From Candidatus Cloacimonadales bacterium (GTDB taxonomy: Bacteria > Cloacimonadota > Cloacimonadia > Cloacimonadales > DAONDQ01): a stretch of DNA of 64,000 nt. The stretch is from the NCBI GenBank assembly GCA_963662275.1, contig OY759316.1, positions 3,456,001-3,520,000 on the forward strand, written 5' to 3'. How positions within the stretch are numbered: position 1 is the stretch's first letter; each line of letters begins with the position of its first letter. The notes beneath the pieces were generated by a model. It saw only the letters and a list, made by a program, of their open reading frames with translations, was not told where the DNA came from and did no database searches. Both the position numbers and the translations under genes were made by a program. Positions 61,051 through 64,000 of the stretch are shown piece after piece.

Positions 61051-61229
61051 TTATAGAGAACCTGAAGGCTCTCGATACGATATCAAACAGTCTGGATGAT
61101 GCCAGAGACTACATCAAAGCCCTTGCACCATGGGTGAGTAATGATCAGATAGTCTATAACAGCAGTGAAGAACCCATTGAAGTCTCTGGAGCACACACTC
61201 CCTTTCCACCTTTTCATTGGAAGAGCTGA
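61051..61229 (+). pseudogene. Fragment resembling the C-terminus of a phage head morphogenesis (Mu gpF/SPP1 gp7-like) protein
   Basis: ..GAHTPFPPFHWKS* resembles the family motif PPxHxxCR; no credible start codon. Confidence 0.4.
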
Positions 61230-61300
61230 AAACGGGAGAATATCACCGATATATCGGAGATATAATATCCGATAGCCAGTGGTGAAACCTCTGGAGAAGA

Positions 61301-61348
61301 ATTATGATTGGATAATAATCTCTTGACAGATAATTAAAATCGGATAAT
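61301..61348 (+). promoter_or_regulatory. Two 16-bp quasi-palindromes 32 bp apart flanking a TTGACA box (putative operators)
   Basis: ATTATGATTGGATAAT (61301) and ATTAAAATCGGATAAT (61333); TTGACA at 61323. Confidence 0.5.
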
Positions 61349-61384
61349 TTGTATATTATTCTCTAATAATAATCCGAGGTAAAT

Positions 61385-62596
61385 ATGATAGAGAGACAGA
61401 TTGTTGCCACAATACTCAGCAAAATTGAGACACCTGAAGTTTTACTGATAACCGGTTCCAGACAGACTGGCAAGACAACAGCCCTTCGCCAGATACATAA
61501 CAGACTAATCGCTGACGGCAAAGATAGTCATTATATTACTCTGGAAGACCCCGAGTATCTCCGCGTACTTAATGTGCATCCGGATAAAATCTGGCAGATC
61601 ATCCCTCGTAACGAGAAGATGCTGCAGATTGTACTGATAGACGAAATTCAGTACCTGGATAATTCAGCTCACTTCCTAAAGTATCATTATGATCTGAATT
61701 TAGATAAACTCAAGCTAATCGTAACTGGTTCATCAGCATTTTACCTGGATCAGCATTTTAATGATTCCCTGGCAGGAAGGAAGCGGATTTACCATCTGCC
61801 TACTCTGAGTATGAGCGAGTTCCTGACTTTCAAAAACCGCCCTGAACTGTCGGTAGCATTAAACAATAATAATCCTTTAGAACTTAACCTGCAAAAGCTG
61901 CCTCTGGTGCAAAGTCGGGAGATTTTATCCTTATCAGAAGAATATATGATCTATGGTGGTTATCCGGCGGTGGTATTAGCAAGTAATTTCTCCGAGAAGC
62001 AGGAAATCTTGTATGAGTTGTTTACATCATATCTTAAAAGGGACTTTCTGGAAAGCGGGATTACACAAGTGGATAAAGCTTATCACTTGCTAAAACTGCT
62101 GGCATTTCAAGTGGGCAATGAACTCAATAAAAACAGTCTGTCAATCGAAATCGGAATATCCAAGCCTATTCTGGACAGTATGATAAGTACTTTCCAGACC
62201 ACGTTTCATCTTAGCTTGGTGCGTCCCTTTTACAACGGGCATCCCAAAGAACTGCGCAAAATGCCCAAACTATATATGATGGACTTGGGACTTCGCAACG
62301 CTATCCTCAAGAATTATAGCTCTCTTATTGACCGGGCTGACGTAGGGAAACTCTATGAAAACTATATCTTCCGCTATTTTACAGATACCCTGAGCACTGC
62401 CGAAATCCGATATTGGCGTACCCAATCCGGTCAGGAAATAGATTTCATCATTGATGATCAGCATGCCTACGAAGTAAAATGGAATGGCAAACAAATCAAT
62501 ACGAAAAAGTATGAAAAATTCAAAAACACATACCCGAATATCCCTTTACAATATATCGTTAGAAATAACTGCTTGGTTGACAGTGTATTGTTGTAA
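61385..62596 (+). CDS. AAA+ ATPase, AAA_14 + DUF4143 family
   Basis: GSRQTGKT, LIDEIQ, VTGSS, YGGYP, KLYMMDLG, EIDF..AYEVK. Confidence 0.92.
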   Translation: MIERQIVATILSKIETPEVLLITGSRQTGKTTALRQIHNRLIADGKDSHYITLEDPEYLRVLNVHPDKIWQIIPRNEKMLQIVLIDEIQYLDNSAHFLKYHYDLNLDKLKLIVTGSSAFYLDQHFNDSLAGRKRIYHLPTLSMSEFLTFKNRPELSVALNNNNPLELNLQKLPLVQSREILSLSEEYMIYGGYPAVVLASNFSEKQEILYELFTSYLKRDFLESGITQVDKAYHLLKLLAFQVGNELNKNSLSIEIGISKPILDSMISTFQTTFHLSLVRPFYNGHPKELRKMPKLYMMDLGLRNAILKNYSSLIDRADVGKLYENYIFRYFTDTLSTAEIRYWRTQSGQEIDFIIDDQHAYEVKWNGKQINTKKYEKFKNTYPNIPLQYIVRNNCLVDSVLL

Positions 62597-62607
62597 TCAG
62601 CTCTTAG

Positions 62608-64000
62608 GAGATGTCCCGAAACTAGCATGATTTTATTTTCTTCTGTTGTAAAATATGTGATTGTTTTTACAGGCAAACTAAATTACTCAATAGTTTCCGA
62701 AAAGCGATGCAAAGACAAGGAAAAACGGAGTAATATTTACCTAATTCATGTTTGAATTCTGGTAGGAAGAGTCTTCATCAGGCTTTTCCTTCAGTATTTT
62801 GTAAGTGCAGAAACATTTTCCCTATATTATGTCCTAAAAAGAGGAGGGATAACTGTTCCTTGCATTTTCTCAATGAACGGACAGTAAATCTCTCAAACTT
62901 CCTGTTCCACTTCATGAAAGCAAATACAGCCTCCGGTTCGATGCCTCTTTGCTTTCTCAGCTTGTCGCCTTTTTCAGAAAGCAGATTATTGACGGTCTGA
63001 CGTTTTAGTGGAGCTATATGAGGATCGTAGGTCAGTGATTTATGTGTTTTATCCTTGTAGGGAATACACTTTTTATTGTGAGGACATTCTCTGCAGTCAT
63101 TACATATATAGGTTTTCACGATTCGTTTCGGACCGTTCTTCTCTGTCTCTTCTTCCTTGATTTTGACCAGTCTCCGATTAAATTGACAGACCCACTCATC
63201 ATGCTCCTCATCATAGCTGAAGCCTGTCAGAAGAGAGTCCCGATAATCTCTCTTATAATCCTGGGTCTTGAGATAGCTTGTTATCTCTTTTTCAGCAGCA
63301 TAATTCAAATTCAGCGCAGTGCCATAGGCAGCATCTCCAACAACGTCGGTAGGATATTGTCCCAATTCATCATGCATTTGCTCCATGAGATTGGGAAATT
63401 CAACGGTTTCTTTAGGGATATTGAATAAGTGAATGCCTGTGACAAATTGCTCTGAAGTTCCGATACTGGCAACATAACCCGGTGCCAGCTGTCCATTTTT
63501 CAATCGCATAAATGTGGCATCATTATCAGTCTTGGATGTGCTGCTGCGTCCTTCTCCAATTATCTCAAGCTGTTGCTCATATTTCTCCAGCTTAGTTATA
63601 TCATTGCTCTTTGATTTGGAGATTTCGCGCAAAAGAGATTTGATTTTCTTGATAGCCCGAGTATCTGACGGATGATTTTTCTGTAGTCGGGACATTGCTT
63701 CTTTCAGCTTGTTTTCTGCTGAGACCAGTCTATCTCTGATCTGTTCAGATGCGACTGTAGCAGTTTTCTCTGATTCAACCGCATGCAATTGCTCACCAAG
63801 CTCAAGAAGATCAGCGGTTCCATATTGCTGTTGCTCTTCCTGATTATATTCCTCGATCTTTTTAAACAATCCCTCAACTCGTGTCTTGACCAGTTCCTGA
63901 TAACGAAGCGCATTGCTTTTCCAGATGTAGGAATTCTTGCCGGCATTTGCGTGAATCGTCGTCCCGTCAACAAAACAGGTGTCGAGATCAAGATATCCTA
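62608..64000 (-). mobile_element. IS1182-family element (partial; runs off the window edge)
   Basis: Transposase plus a probable end sequence GAGATGTCCCGAAAC near 62608; end position approximate. Confidence 0.75.
62778..64000 (-). CDS. IS1182-family transposase (5' end outside the window)
   Basis: Frame open to the edge: FVDGTTIHANAGKNSYIWK, SKTDNDATFMRLK, GDAAYG, C..CP...C, R.IEPEAVFA.MK. Confidence 0.92.
   Translation of the reverse strand, partial: GYLDLDTCFVDGTTIHANAGKNSYIWKSNALRYQELVKTRVEGLFKKIEEYNQEEQQQYGTADLLELGEQLHAVESEKTATVASEQIRDRLVSAENKLKEAMSRLQKNHPSDTRAIKKIKSLLREISKSKSNDITKLEKYEQQLEIIGEGRSSTSKTDNDATFMRLKNGQLAPGYVASIGTSEQFVTGIHLFNIPKETVEFPNLMEQMHDELGQYPTDVVGDAAYGTALNLNYAAEKEITSYLKTQDYKRDYRDSLLTGFSYDEEHDEWVCQFNRRLVKIKEEETEKNGPKRIVKTYICNDCRECPHNKKCIPYKDKTHKSLTYDPHIAPLKRQTVNNLLSEKGDKLRKQRGIEPEAVFAFMKWNRKFERFTVRSLRKCKEQLSLLFLGHNIGKMFLHLQNTEGKA

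Overview
Low-GC bacterial chromosome segment. The mix of FlgD/T9SS-type-A-like C-terminal-domain proteins, gingipain-like C25 proteases, DUF342 and FTCD suggests Candidatus Cloacimonadota (FCB group); this is an inference. Housekeeping genes (hisS, purA, mtnA, dusB, aroK, ftcD, gmhB-like, lptD-like, three tRNAs) alternate with signalling genes (sAC-like cyclase-STAND-TPR, PAS histidine kinase with two receivers, GGDEF, HD-GYP), secreted proteins and mobile DNA. The mobile DNA is an IS3 element interrupted and partly deleted by an IS21 element, an IS1182 at the right edge, a 252-bp structured MITE, and short IS, phage and dnaE relics. The intergenic DNA is the least explained part. It holds a 36-copy two-state heptamer array and many dispersed heptamer tracts, one translated inside gmhB. 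It also holds several co-existing REP/REPIN palindrome families and 11-bp phased repeats. Both AAA-DUF4143 ATPase paralogues have a pair of 16-bp quasi-palindromes spaced exactly 32 bp apart upstream. A tandem Kgp-like plus Rgp-like gingipain pair retains the catalytic and specificity motifs. No CRISPR array, rRNA or reverse transcriptase was seen.
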